A stretch of DNA of 64,000 nt, from the IMG/VR virus record IMGVR_UViG_3300042894_007411; one strand, given 5' to 3'. Under the pieces are notes generated by a model. The model did no database searches. It was given only the letters and a program-made list of their open reading frames with translations, and had not been told where the DNA came from. Each line of letters begins with the position of its first letter. Position 1 is the first letter of the stretch. The position numbers were made by a program, and so were the translations under genes. Positions 18,292 through 26,499 of the stretch are shown piece after piece. Origin of the DNA: a virus. Taxonomy: Duplodnaviria > Heunggongvirae > Uroviricota > Caudoviricetes.

Positions 18292-18609
18292 CTAGAAATC
18301 GGAATCCTTGGAAACTGTGTTACCTTCTTTGGTTCCAAAATAATAGGAAAAGATCATAAGAACCAAAGTTCTAATTAAATCAAAAAGCTGGTCGCTTTGT
18401 TCTGGTGAAAGTAGGGATACTTTCCATGCAATTGTTTTATCCACAATAAACAAAGCAACCAAAGAGGTAAAAATAACTAAAATGTATCTTACCAAAATTT
18501 CTTTGGTGCTTTTAGCAAACATCCTATAAACAAAAAAGGATGTGCCTAAGATAAATCCTAGAGCCATGAAAATCCCTAGCATCATAATGGTGGGAGAAGA
18601 GGAAAACAT
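18292..18609 (-). CDS. membrane protein, 3 TM
   Basis: Hydrophobic segments; GATATATA box at 18614-18621. Confidence 0.75.
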   Translation of the reverse strand: MFSSSPTIMMLGIFMALGFILGTSFFVYRMFAKSTKEILVRYILVIFTSLVALFIVDKTIAWKVSLLSPEQSDQLFDLIRTLVLMIFSYYFGTKEGNTVSKDSDF

Positions 18610-18677
18610 GGATTATATATCAAAAAAAAAGACCCAAACTTTCGTTTGGGTCTGGCGTCAATTTTAATTCTTTTTTT

Positions 18678-18899
18678 TTAAATCTGACCTTCTGGCTGGG
18701 GAGAATTAAGACCCAACAGATGGCGTGAAGACTCTAATAGATTAAGGTAGGCTTTTTCTCCCATTTCCTCTTTCAATTGTTTTACAAGTACTTTTAGTAG
18801 CATTTGCTTTTGCCACTTGATGTAGGCATCCTCGGAGTTTTTGATTTCTTGATGCACCCCGAGGATCCGATTCCACAGATAATTTGAAGTTTCAGACAT
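18678..18899 (-). CDS. hypothetical protein
   Basis: Start MSETSN at 18899. Confidence 0.7.
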   Translation of the reverse strand: MSETSNYLWNRILGVHQEIKNSEDAYIKWQKQMLLKVLVKQLKEEMGEKAYLNLLESSRHLLGLNSPQPEGQI

Positions 18900-19219
18900 T
18901 TGTTTTTGGTTTGGTGAAACAAGGTTTTGATTTAATGAAGGCAAAAGTAACCCAAAATGTTTAAAAATGTTTATATTTTGTTTAAAATATTTATTCAGTT
19001 AACAATTCAACCTTTTGTTTGTTTAACTTTTTACTTTAAAAGTTAAACAGGATTTGGATTTCCCGGGTCCCTGCTCGGTTTTGGATACATCCAGCACGGG
19101 AATTCAAACTGGACTACCCCACAAAAAAAGTGCTCCCTGAGGAGCACTTCCAAAAGTCAATAACCCTTTAGAAATAAACTTTTGTAACCTGACTGCCGAT
19201 GCAACAGTCAGATGTGGGA

Positions 19220-19543
19220 TTACGCCAAAACCTCTTGGGCGTGTGTGGCGTTGGTGTAGAAAGTACGGGTTGAACCGTCTTTCCGAACTCTTACCAGCTG
19301 TGTGCCAGTAGAATCAGTAGCCTGTAGAAAATCTAAAATGACCTCAGAGCCTGGACGCATACGAGCTGGCTTTTCTGTGTTCAGTGCTTTGGTTGGGAAA
19401 ACATTGAGATGATTTTGTGTCGTCAGCTTCAATGTCTTCTGAGCCATTTCAGTTACTTCTTGACTAACGGATTTTTTGCTCGCAGCTTTTACTGTACGAG
19501 CTGGTGATGGGGTGATTGGGGTTTTCGATTTTGCTTTCGGCAT
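19220..19543 (-). CDS. basic hypothetical protein
   Basis: K/P/S/T-rich N-terminus; hairpin terminators at about 19128-19153 and 19189-19212. Confidence 0.75.
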   Translation of the reverse strand: MPKAKSKTPITPSPARTVKAASKKSVSQEVTEMAQKTLKLTTQNHLNVFPTKALNTEKPARMRPGSEVILDFLQATDSTGTQLVRVRKDGSTRTFYTNATHAQEVLA

Positions 19544-19696
19544 TTGATTTTAGTTTAGGTGAAATGATTTTGAAAACAGGGCAAACATACGGTGTAAATT
19601 AAATAAAAACCCCGTTGTACAAAATTTTGTCGAAAAAAAATTTATAGGATTCAAAACCCCCTCCCGCGCCGGGTGTATCTTACTAACATAACATCT

Positions 19697-20020
19697 TTAA
19701 AGAATACCAGACCTAAAAAAGAAAGGATCCCCTGTTAGAATTCCTTGTGCCAAATTTCGTCTAATAATAAACGATCCTTCTTCTAATGTCTTTACTTTCA
19801 TTGGCGGGTATTCCAAATCATTAACCATTCTCAAAGGCATTACCATAGGCCTTGTTGACAACATGGTTTTTTCCCAAATATCAGAAATTAAAATTTGAAA
19901 CCTTTCTTGGAGGTCCAAATTTGTGTCTTGAGATTCCAGTAAAAAGTTTAAACTTCTGATTGGACCGAAGTGTGAATTAACAAACGAAATAAGTGTTGGG
20001 CTTGGAGTTGATGAGATCAT
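19697..20020 (-). CDS. hypothetical protein
   Basis: Start MISSTP at 20020 downstream of an N25 promoter. Confidence 0.7.
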   Translation of the reverse strand: MISSTPSPTLISFVNSHFGPIRSLNFLLESQDTNLDLQERFQILISDIWEKTMLSTRPMVMPLRMVNDLEYPPMKVKTLEEGSFIIRRNLAQGILTGDPFFFRSGIL

Positions 20021-20126
20021 ATAATTTTTTATTTGATCCAAAGGTAAAAAGAAAATTAAGGAATAAAAAATGAAACCCCACAAAAAGGGCCAGACTTTTG
20101 CCTGGCCCTTGGAGGTGGAAGTCTGA

Positions 20127-20717
20127 TTACTTCCGGTTCAAACCAAGTCCTTGAAGAACCATGGTGTTGGTTGGGCGATTTTCCATGTGGAGAAAAGCCA
20201 TGTCCAAAACCTCTTCTGACAGGTACCAACCATCAATCACCCTGGAAACAAATCCTGGGGATTTCTTGCAGATGTCAGAGATTGACTTGATGTCACCTCT
20301 CTGCAACCTTTGGTTGACAAAGGCAAGTTTGAAGGTGTACTTGTTGTACCCATTCATCTTTGACTTCTCCTTTGGCTTCCGGCCCCTTTTTGGGGTAGAT
20401 GGAGCAATTGGGAAAAGGGTGGCAACTGGAGGTTCTGGAATTTGAACCTTGGGTTTCTCTGCCACCTTAACCAATTTTGGTTTGCGAGCAGGCTTGGTGT
20501 CGAACTTCTTGATGGAACCTTCAACCTGGGACTTGGTGGATCTTTTGATCCTGCCTTTCAAACCCAGAATCAATTTCCGGGAATAAATGGAGGTGAGGGT
20601 TCTGCCAAAGAAGTTGGCGATTTCCGCGGAGGAAAATCCTCCTGCGACCATGTTCTTCAGTTGGGTGTCCTGCTCAGGAGTCCAACGAGAATGATGGGTT
20701 TGGGGTCTTTTTGCCAT
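20127..20717 (-). CDS. two-domain DNA-binding protein (N-terminal WTPEQD HTH, C-terminal RGD..HTH)
   Basis: SRWTPEQDTQLK...SAEIANFFGRTLTSI; the C-domain is paralogous to 48102-48305. Confidence 0.7.
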   Translation of the reverse strand: MAKRPQTHHSRWTPEQDTQLKNMVAGGFSSAEIANFFGRTLTSIYSRKLILGLKGRIKRSTKSQVEGSIKKFDTKPARKPKLVKVAEKPKVQIPEPPVATLFPIAPSTPKRGRKPKEKSKMNGYNKYTFKLAFVNQRLQRGDIKSISDICKKSPGFVSRVIDGWYLSEEVLDMAFLHMENRPTNTMVLQGLGLNRK

Positions 20718-20914
20718 ACGTGATGGGTTTAAAGGGTGGAAGAAATAAAATTGACAAGGCAAATATACGATGGTTTGATTGATAAAAAAAACAAATTTAC
20801 CAAAAATGCCATTAAAAAATAAAAAAAAATTTATTAATGGACTTAACTTGTTGTAAATGAACAACTTAAGAAAACCAGCAAATTAAATTTTTTTTCTGTG
20901 CCTACGACAAACAA

Positions 20915-21223
20915 TTATAATAGTTGAATTTCCTTTTTTACATCTAACCAAAATTGGTAGTTACCGAACTCCTCTTTTAATTTTCCGTTTTCTTCCAAGT
21001 AATTCACTATTGGCTCAAATTCAATAGCACTATCTCCAAAAGCTTTTCGCCATTGAGCAACGGTCACCATTTGGTTATCTTCCATTCCGTCAATTCTAAA
21101 AAATCCATAGTGAGCATCTAACCACTTGCCCTCTACAACATGACCACTTAAGTTTGTGAATTTGAATTTAAGTGAGTTAAATCCTTTTTCTTTAGCATAT
21201 TCTTGTAGTTCTAAAATTCTCAT
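20915..21223 (-). CDS. hypothetical protein
   Basis: Start MRILEL at 21223. Confidence 0.75.
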   Translation of the reverse strand: MRILELQEYAKEKGFNSLKFKFTNLSGHVVEGKWLDAHYGFFRIDGMEDNQMVTVAQWRKAFGDSAIEFEPIVNYLEENGKLKEEFGNYQFWLDVKKEIQLL

Positions 21224-21281
21224 TTTAATTGGGTTAGGGGTTGGGCGTGGATGAATGTGCGAGTTATCGGCAACCCTACGA

Positions 21282-21542
21282 CTACTCTGTAGCAAGTTTT
21301 ATAGCATTGACTAAAGGCATTACTCCTTCGCCTCCATTTTGAGAAAGCATAAATTCAGGATAACGACCTTCATCTGCCAATTTCTTAAATTGTTCTTTTG
21401 CCCATTCACAAGCAGCAAGTAATTCATCAGCTACTTTCTTATCTACATACTCGCCTGTTTGGTCATTTGGTTTACTTACTTTGTATCCTACAAATAATTG
21501 CGGGCTGTAAGTTAATTTTAAAGGTTCTTTACAATTGTTCAT
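21282..21542 (-). CDS. hypothetical protein in cassette
   Basis: 86 aa, entirely between the GTTATCGGC and GCCGATAAC cores. Confidence 0.75.
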   Translation of the reverse strand: MNNCKEPLKLTYSPQLFVGYKVSKPNDQTGEYVDKKVADELLAACEWAKEQFKKLADEGRYPEFMLSQNGGEGVMPLVNAIKLATE

Positions 21543-21650
21543 TTTATGTTTGTTTTTAAGTTAATAATTCCGAAAGAAGGGCAGCCGATAACAGCACCTA
21601 CCAAAAAGGTGGGGGTTGGGGGGTTAGACAAATATGCGAGTTATAAGCAA

Positions 21651-21839
21651 TTATTTTGCCTCAATACCATCCCAACAAGACTTACAGCAGTATCCATCAA
21701 ACTTTTTGTTGTTATGAAAGGTGTGACAGTTACGGCAAAATAACTGTCCGCTTCGCCTTATAACAACAGGTTTGTGAAATAAACCGCTTTCGATTTGTCC
21801 GTAAGTTGGTAGTGATTTGAATGTTCTGTTATTCTTCAT
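21651..21839 (-). CDS. small Cys-motif protein (CxxC...CCxxC) starting inside an attC loop
   Basis: ATG lies within the 21757-21887 hairpin. Confidence 0.6.
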   Translation of the reverse strand: MKNNRTFKSLPTYGQIESGLFHKPVVIRRSGQLFCRNCHTFHNNKKFDGYCCKSCWDGIEAK

Positions 21840-21887
21840 ATATTTCGTTGTTAAATGTTTACTTCACAAACCTGCAAACCGTTAGCA
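21757..21887 (+). repeat. complete attC-like site
   Basis: CTTATAAC-AA-CAGGTTTGTGAAATAAAC ... GTTTACTTCACAAACCTG-CAAACC-GTTAGCA: imperfect inverted repeat, asymmetric spacers. Confidence 0.75.
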
Positions 21888-21897
21888 GAAATAAAAA

Positions 21898-22053
21898 TTA
21901 CTCCTGCAATGCTTCCAACTCATATCGTACCAAAGCCATTTCGTCAATTGCTCTGATTTGTTCTTCAATCTTTTCACGTTCTTTAATCAATCTGATTATT
22001 TCTTCGTTGTCTGTTACTTTTGTCCAATCTATCATGTCAGTAATTTTTATCAT
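21898..22053 (-). CDS. small coiled-coil protein (51 aa, below ORF-track cutoff)
   Basis: MIKITDMIDWTKVTDNEEIIRLIKEREKIEEQIRAIDEMALVRYELEALQE. Confidence 0.6.
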   Translation of the reverse strand: MIKITDMIDWTKVTDNEEIIRLIKEREKIEEQIRAIDEMALVRYELEALQE

Positions 22054-22568
22054 TTGTGTTTAATTTTGTATTAGTGCGCTCTAAACAGAATTTACAATTC
22101 CCTTTGTGGGTTAATACTACCAATCAATTTCAATCGAATATTCACCTGCTTCAATTAAACCTCTTTTATAAAGGTCATTTGCAACAGTATGTATGTCTGG
22201 ATAAAAATTTCTATCCCACCATAACTTAATACCATAGTCGGTTCTACCAGCAACAGGTTCATTAGGGTCACGTTCTAACCACTTTTCAAATTTTACACCC
22301 ATAGTTTTACCATTTATTATTTCAGGTATTTCATCATTCATTTCATCATCACGAGTGTATTCACTTGGTATTGTAAGATGGAATATTCCCCTTGACCAAC
22401 AACCATTTTGTTGTTGAAAACTATACGGCTTACCGTAAGTGTCTGAAACTAATTTATTCCAATCACTCACTTCAATCATTTTTACATTTTTAATTTTTAT
22501 CATTTGTGTTTAATTTTGTATTAGTGCGCTCTAAACAGAATTTACAATTCCCTTTGTGGGTTAATACT
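22041..22568. repeat. 78-bp exact direct repeat (22041-22118 and 22491-22568) flanking one gene
   Basis: TAATTTTTATCAT...GGGTTAATACT read identically twice. Confidence 0.9.
22117..22503 (-). CDS. conserved hypothetical phage protein (W..NFYP motif)
   Basis: 128 aa. Confidence 0.8.
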   Translation of the reverse strand: MIKIKNVKMIEVSDWNKLVSDTYGKPYSFQQQNGCWSRGIFHLTIPSEYTRDDEMNDEIPEIINGKTMGVKFEKWLERDPNEPVAGRTDYGIKLWWDRNFYPDIHTVANDLYKRGLIEAGEYSIEIDW

Positions 22569-22735
22569 GTTTGGTTACCCCAATCGCCAAGTAAATACTC
22601 GCAACTATCTACCTCTACTATTATTAATGGGTCTTTGTCTTTTCTTACCACAAAGCCGGATGTGTTTACTTCGCGGCAACCGCAAGAAAGAATAGTCATT
22701 AGTAGTGTACTGATAAAGGGGAATGTTGGTTTCAT
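22490..22735 (-). CDS. putative small lipoprotein
   Basis: Start MKPTFP; hydrophobic stretch then LSCGC; VDSCEYL...LTHKGNC. Confidence 0.7.
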   Translation of the reverse strand: MKPTFPFISTLLMTILSCGCREVNTSGFVVRKDKDPLIIVEVDSCEYLLGDWGNQTVLTHKGNCKFCLERTNTKLNTNDKN

Positions 22736-22890
22736 AAGGTGAAATAAGCAATAAGACACAAGATGGCAAGCACAACGAATAGTGCCAAAAAAACAGGTAA
22801 GCACCCGTATTCTTCAATCATGTGACCGATGGCGTTTAACTGGGATAGAATCATGGGTTTAGGGGTTTGGGGGTTAGACAAATATGCGAG

Positions 22891-23124
22891 TTATACGCAA
22901 CCTTGACGAAAAACAATCAACTGACTGCGACATTCTTCATAAAGCCCATAATCATAGTCATCTCCTTTTCTTGATTTGTTTAAAAAGAAATCTACTGCGA
23001 CTATTCCACTTTCAATTGCTAATAATCTATGGGCTTTCATATCACCCACTCCAAATTGTGCTATTAAAAAACTATCAATCAATGATTGTGCTATTTCTTT
23101 TGCGTGTTCTGTTCTGTTGTACAT
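22891..23124 (-). CDS. hypothetical protein in cassette
   Basis: Stop codon inside the GTTA core. Confidence 0.7.
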   Translation of the reverse strand: MYNRTEHAKEIAQSLIDSFLIAQFGVGDMKAHRLLAIESGIVAVDFFLNKSRKGDDYDYGLYEECRSQLIVFRQGCV

Positions 23125-23235
23125 ATTTATTTTGTTTTAAAATTATAATCAAAAAGGCTGCTTATAACAGCAGTTTGGCAAGATGTGGGGGTTGGGGGAA
23201 GGAAAACTGGACAAATAAAGGAGTTACCTGCAAGG

Positions 23236-23610
23236 CTACGAAACTGCATAGACAGACATTCCTATAATAACCAGAGCGTGTAACAATTGGTCAAATCCAA
23301 ACACAATCCAATGCCATTTATTAGCAGGTGATTGTAGTGAAGGAAACCAGCCATTCATTCTACCTTTCCAAACATCAATTATAAAGTGTGTTACCCATTG
23401 GAATATTACTAAGTAAGCCCAATCGTTTGTAAAGCCAATAAACCATCCTAAAACAAGCGACATTAACATAGTGTGCATTGCAGCGTGAATGAATATTGGA
23501 AACAATGGCTTTCCAAGTCGCTTTGCATTAAGCATCCAAGCATTTGATAAATGTGTGTAATCTGCTAAAAAATGGCAGATAAATAATCCGATTAAAATTT
23601 GTGTTTGCAT
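23236..23610 (-). CDS. DUF3307-like membrane protein
   Basis: HFLADY...H...HFIIDVWK...FGFDQLLH pattern. Confidence 0.8.
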   Translation of the reverse strand: MQTQILIGLFICHFLADYTHLSNAWMLNAKRLGKPLFPIFIHAAMHTMLMSLVLGWFIGFTNDWAYLVIFQWVTHFIIDVWKGRMNGWFPSLQSPANKWHWIVFGFDQLLHALVIIGMSVYAVS

Positions 23611-23672
23611 TTGTATTTTAAATTAAATCGTTTAGGGGTTGGACAAATAAACGAGTTAGTGATAATTAAAAA

Positions 23673-23921
23673 TCACAAAATTGTACAATTTTCAATTTCA
23701 TAAACCTTTGGATGTTTTTCTTTTAGTTTATTTATAGCATTTTCATAATTTTCAGCATAAATTAATTCATAACAAATTGGATATTCGTCACCAATACCTA
23801 AACTAAAAGAAAGTAAATAAATATTAACCTTTTGTGAATTTTGTGATTTTTCACTCTCCCTAACATCAGATATATTCAATTCCGAGTTTTCTTTAAAACT
23901 CTTAATTATGTTCTTTTCCAT
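23673..23921 (-). CDS. hypothetical protein in cassette
   Basis: SDVRES encoded across a core site. Confidence 0.7.
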   Translation of the reverse strand: MEKNIIKSFKENSELNISDVRESEKSQNSQKVNIYLLSFSLGIGDEYPICYELIYAENYENAINKLKEKHPKVYEIENCTIL

Positions 23922-23946
23922 ATTCTATATTTTTTATCATCAACCG

Positions 23947-24354
23947 TTATGAGAAATGTTTTGTCAAAGCATCCTCTAATATTTGTATAGCTGTTTCTAA
24001 TCCGCATTCCATCCCTTCTCTCCATTGTCCTTCACTATAATCTAATGGGGGTGATAATTGCCTACTACTTTCAAGTTGGCTTTGTAAATCTGCCAAAACA
24101 CTTCTCATAACATCAGGTTGTTGCAATGTGGTTTCGGTGGTATGTGTTACATCTTCCATTTTAAGAAATTTTTCGTATTTTTCTTCCGTCATTCCGATTG
24201 CTTGTCTTTCCCATTCATGTTCACCTTGTTCACCATAAATTTCATATTCAGTCATAGGAGATTTTTTAACATCATTGACCATAAAAATAAAAAAAGCAAT
24301 TCCTATTAAAAGGAGAACAACCAATCCAATAACTGCTAGTAATGTGATATCCAT
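23947..24354 (-). CDS. membrane-anchored protein fused across an attC core
   Basis: N-terminal TM; PDVMRS at 24102-24111; stop in GTTA. Confidence 0.75.
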   Translation of the reverse strand: MDITLLAVIGLVVLLLIGIAFFIFMVNDVKKSPMTEYEIYGEQGEHEWERQAIGMTEEKYEKFLKMEDVTHTTETTLQQPDVMRSVLADLQSQLESSRQLSPPLDYSEGQWREGMECGLETAIQILEDALTKHFS

Positions 24355-24499
24355 AAAATTTACTTAGTTTTATTTTCGTATTTGCGTTTGCAAATATACA
24401 AATAAGTTTCGAGATTTCCAAATCTTACCTACAAAAATACATCATATTCCTGGTGTGTGGATGAAGGGAAATTGGACAAATAAACGAGTTATAGCACAT

Positions 24500-24655
24500 T
24501 TAATTATCGCTTAACGACTGGCCGAAAACTATACAAGCTAAACATACAGGAAGATACCATTTCCAATTATCTGTTTGTGTTATCCAAAGCGATGATAAAA
24601 TCATCCCACTTGTGATTATTGCAACTGTGTTTAAAAATTTCTTTACTTTTTTCAT
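24500..24655 (-). CDS. small membrane protein (51 aa)
   Basis: MKKVKKFLNTVAIITSGMILSSLWITQTDNWKWYLPVCLACIVFGQSLSDN. Confidence 0.55.
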   Translation of the reverse strand: MKKVKKFLNTVAIITSGMILSSLWITQTDNWKWYLPVCLACIVFGQSLSDN

Positions 24656-24740
24656 CGTTTTAAAATTAACGCCTTATAACAGCAAATTTGGAAAATGTAA
24701 AAATTGGTTTCATGGGTTAGGGGTTGGGCGAATGTGCGAG

Positions 24741-24980
24741 TTAGGTGCAAGGCTCTGCCAACCATCCACCACAAGCAGACCAAACCACCCAACCACCATA
24801 AGCAACGTGCATACCGCCAAAAAACTTTGAAACAGATACAGACCAAGTGAAGTAACCTTCTTCAAGTGTTTGTCCTGTATCAAAATGTTTAAACTTATTA
24901 CCCAAATGTTTTTTGGCTCGTTCCAAGACAAAAGCCCTGCAACTAACACGGGTTTGGCAAGATTGAGGGGTTGGTTTCAT
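24741..24980 (-). CDS. hypothetical protein in cassette
   Basis: Starts in the attC-like repeat (QTRVSC), stop in GTTA. Confidence 0.6.
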   Translation of the reverse strand: MKPTPQSCQTRVSCRAFVLERAKKHLGNKFKHFDTGQTLEEGYFTWSVSVSKFFGGMHVAYGGWVVWSACGGWLAEPCT

Positions 24981-25039
24981 GGGTTAGGGGTTGGGGGTTG
25001 GGAAGGAAAACTGGACAAATAAACGAGTTATGTGCAATT

Positions 25040-25282
25040 TTAAGACACCCACTTATGACACCTTTTACAAGCGATTTCTTTTGGCTCGTTAGTGTCAGGC
25101 GTGTATTTCCTATGTCCTACAATTTTGCACCATAAAGGCAAAAAAGTATCTTCAAACATTAGTTTGCGCTGGTGTTTTATTACAGACCAAAAACGGTCAT
25201 AGTAATATTTTTTGTTGTCAGGATACTTTCTTGCTAATCGCAGTATCCAAAATAAATCGCAAGTTTCTCTTGATGTTGACAT
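25040..25282 (-). CDS. hypothetical protein (C..GH...CxRC motif)
   Basis: 80 aa. Confidence 0.7.
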   Translation of the reverse strand: MSTSRETCDLFWILRLARKYPDNKKYYYDRFWSVIKHQRKLMFEDTFLPLWCKIVGHRKYTPDTNEPKEIACKRCHKWVS

Positions 25283-25365
25283 TTTTTTATTGATTTATGG
25301 TTTGGAAAAGTGTGTATTTACCGCATTTTGCAATAATAGTTTTTACTTTAGGCGCGATAAGTTTC

Positions 25366-25647
25366 TTAATTCAAAATGAATTTAAGAACCAAAATCAAAA
25401 TTAGAATTAAACCAAACCCAAGAACGCTCACCAAAATTACAATACGTTCTCCCATAGATGATATCCCTTCGAATTGGATTTTGCCCTCATCTTGTTTGTA
25501 TGGAATAAGTTCCTCCCTCATTAATTCCCTCCAAAGTTCGGAATTACACTCTTCATTATCACATAAGAAGAAAAAACCAAACTCTCCTACATTCACCCTT
25601 CTTTGGGCTTGCTCTTGGCACTGACAACAGGTGGATTGTTGTTTCAT
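25366..25647 (-). CDS. Cys-motif protein with C-terminal TM
   Basis: CCQC...CDNEEC; hydrophobic tail. Confidence 0.65.
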   Translation of the reverse strand: MKQQSTCCQCQEQAQRRVNVGEFGFFFLCDNEECNSELWRELMREELIPYKQDEGKIQFEGISSMGERIVILVSVLGFGLILILILVLKFILN

Positions 25648-25670
25648 AAGGATATGTGGGTTTAATTGTG

Positions 25671-25743
25671 TGATCCCGACTGGACTCGAACCAGTAACCT
25701 ACTGCTTAGAAGGCAGTTGCTCTATCCATTGAGCTACGGGACC
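25671..25743 (-). tRNA. tRNA-Arg(UCU)
   Basis: GGTCCCG-TA-GCTC-AATGGATA-GAGC-A-ACTGC-CTTCTAA-GCAGT-AGGTT-ACTGG-TTCGAGT-CCAGT-CGGGATC-A. Confidence 0.95.
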
Positions 25744-25963
25744 TGGATTTATTTTGGATCCATTTTTTCGTATTCTTTTTTGACCTGTGCCTGAAAATTT
25801 TCCACGTTTGCAGAGAATTTACCGTAGGCAGCTCCTGACATGAAAGCAAGAATTCCAAAAAGAATGAAGGTAATTAGTAACAGCATAAGTTTGTTTTTTT
25901 ACAAATATAAGAAAAAAACTAATATGATCGATTTCCAAATCAAAAAAATGCGGTCCTACGACC

Positions 25964-26278
25964 CTACACATCGGGATTAATTTCAGCCCAAAACAACTTT
26001 ACAACACTTCCCTTTATTTCTCCATACACACAGTCACTAAATTCGTAGGCTGGCACAAAGGAATTCAAATCTACCCAAGCCCAATCAGCATCATGGTTTG
26101 GGAATTGGGCCATGTACTGACCCTCTTCGTTTACCATCAATAATTCTCTTTTTTTGTCATCCAAAAAAGTTCCCCCGGTGTATATGTGTTTTTTCACATC
26201 CAAAATTGGTGGTGTTAGCATTTCGGGCTTACAAACATTGTCCTCTAATAAATTGCGGAAAAAAGAAATTGGATTCAT
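25964..26278 (-). CDS. hypothetical protein
   Basis: Start MNPISF at 26278. Confidence 0.7.
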   Translation of the reverse strand: MNPISFFRNLLEDNVCKPEMLTPPILDVKKHIYTGGTFLDDKKRELLMVNEEGQYMAQFPNHDADWAWVDLNSFVPAYEFSDCVYGEIKGSVVKLFWAEINPDV

Positions 26279-26283
26279 GTTAC

Positions 26284-26499
26284 TTATACAGCAGAACCAA
26301 CATTTGATTTCGTTTCCACCTCCTTTAAAACCTCGATCCAATACAGATGCATCACAATCAACTCTGGGTGGATTTCGGTACAGTTAATTAAGGATTGTAT
26401 GTTTTTTAAACAATCATTTACTGTTTTTTTACCCAACATCTCTTTTGCCTTCTGGGAGGGAGAAAGTGCAGGCAAATCAAACAAAACAGATTGGCTCAT
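26284..26499 (-). CDS. hypothetical protein
   Basis: 71 aa, ATGA-coupled to the sigma gene. Confidence 0.7.
   Translation of the reverse strand: MSQSVLFDLPALSPSQKAKEMLGKKTVNDCLKNIQSLINCTEIHPELIVMHLYWIEVLKEVETKSNVGSAV

Larger units (their letters stand above)
21231..25040. mobile_element. integron-like gene cassette array (attC-like sites, no integrase in window)
   Basis: Complementary core pairs flank single ORFs: 21263-71/21584-92 (9/9), 21640-47/21757-64 (8/8), 22890-98/23160-68 (8/9), 23655-62/23857-64 (7/8), 23946-55/24102-11 (10/10), 24740-48/24939-47 (8/9). Confidence 0.7.
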
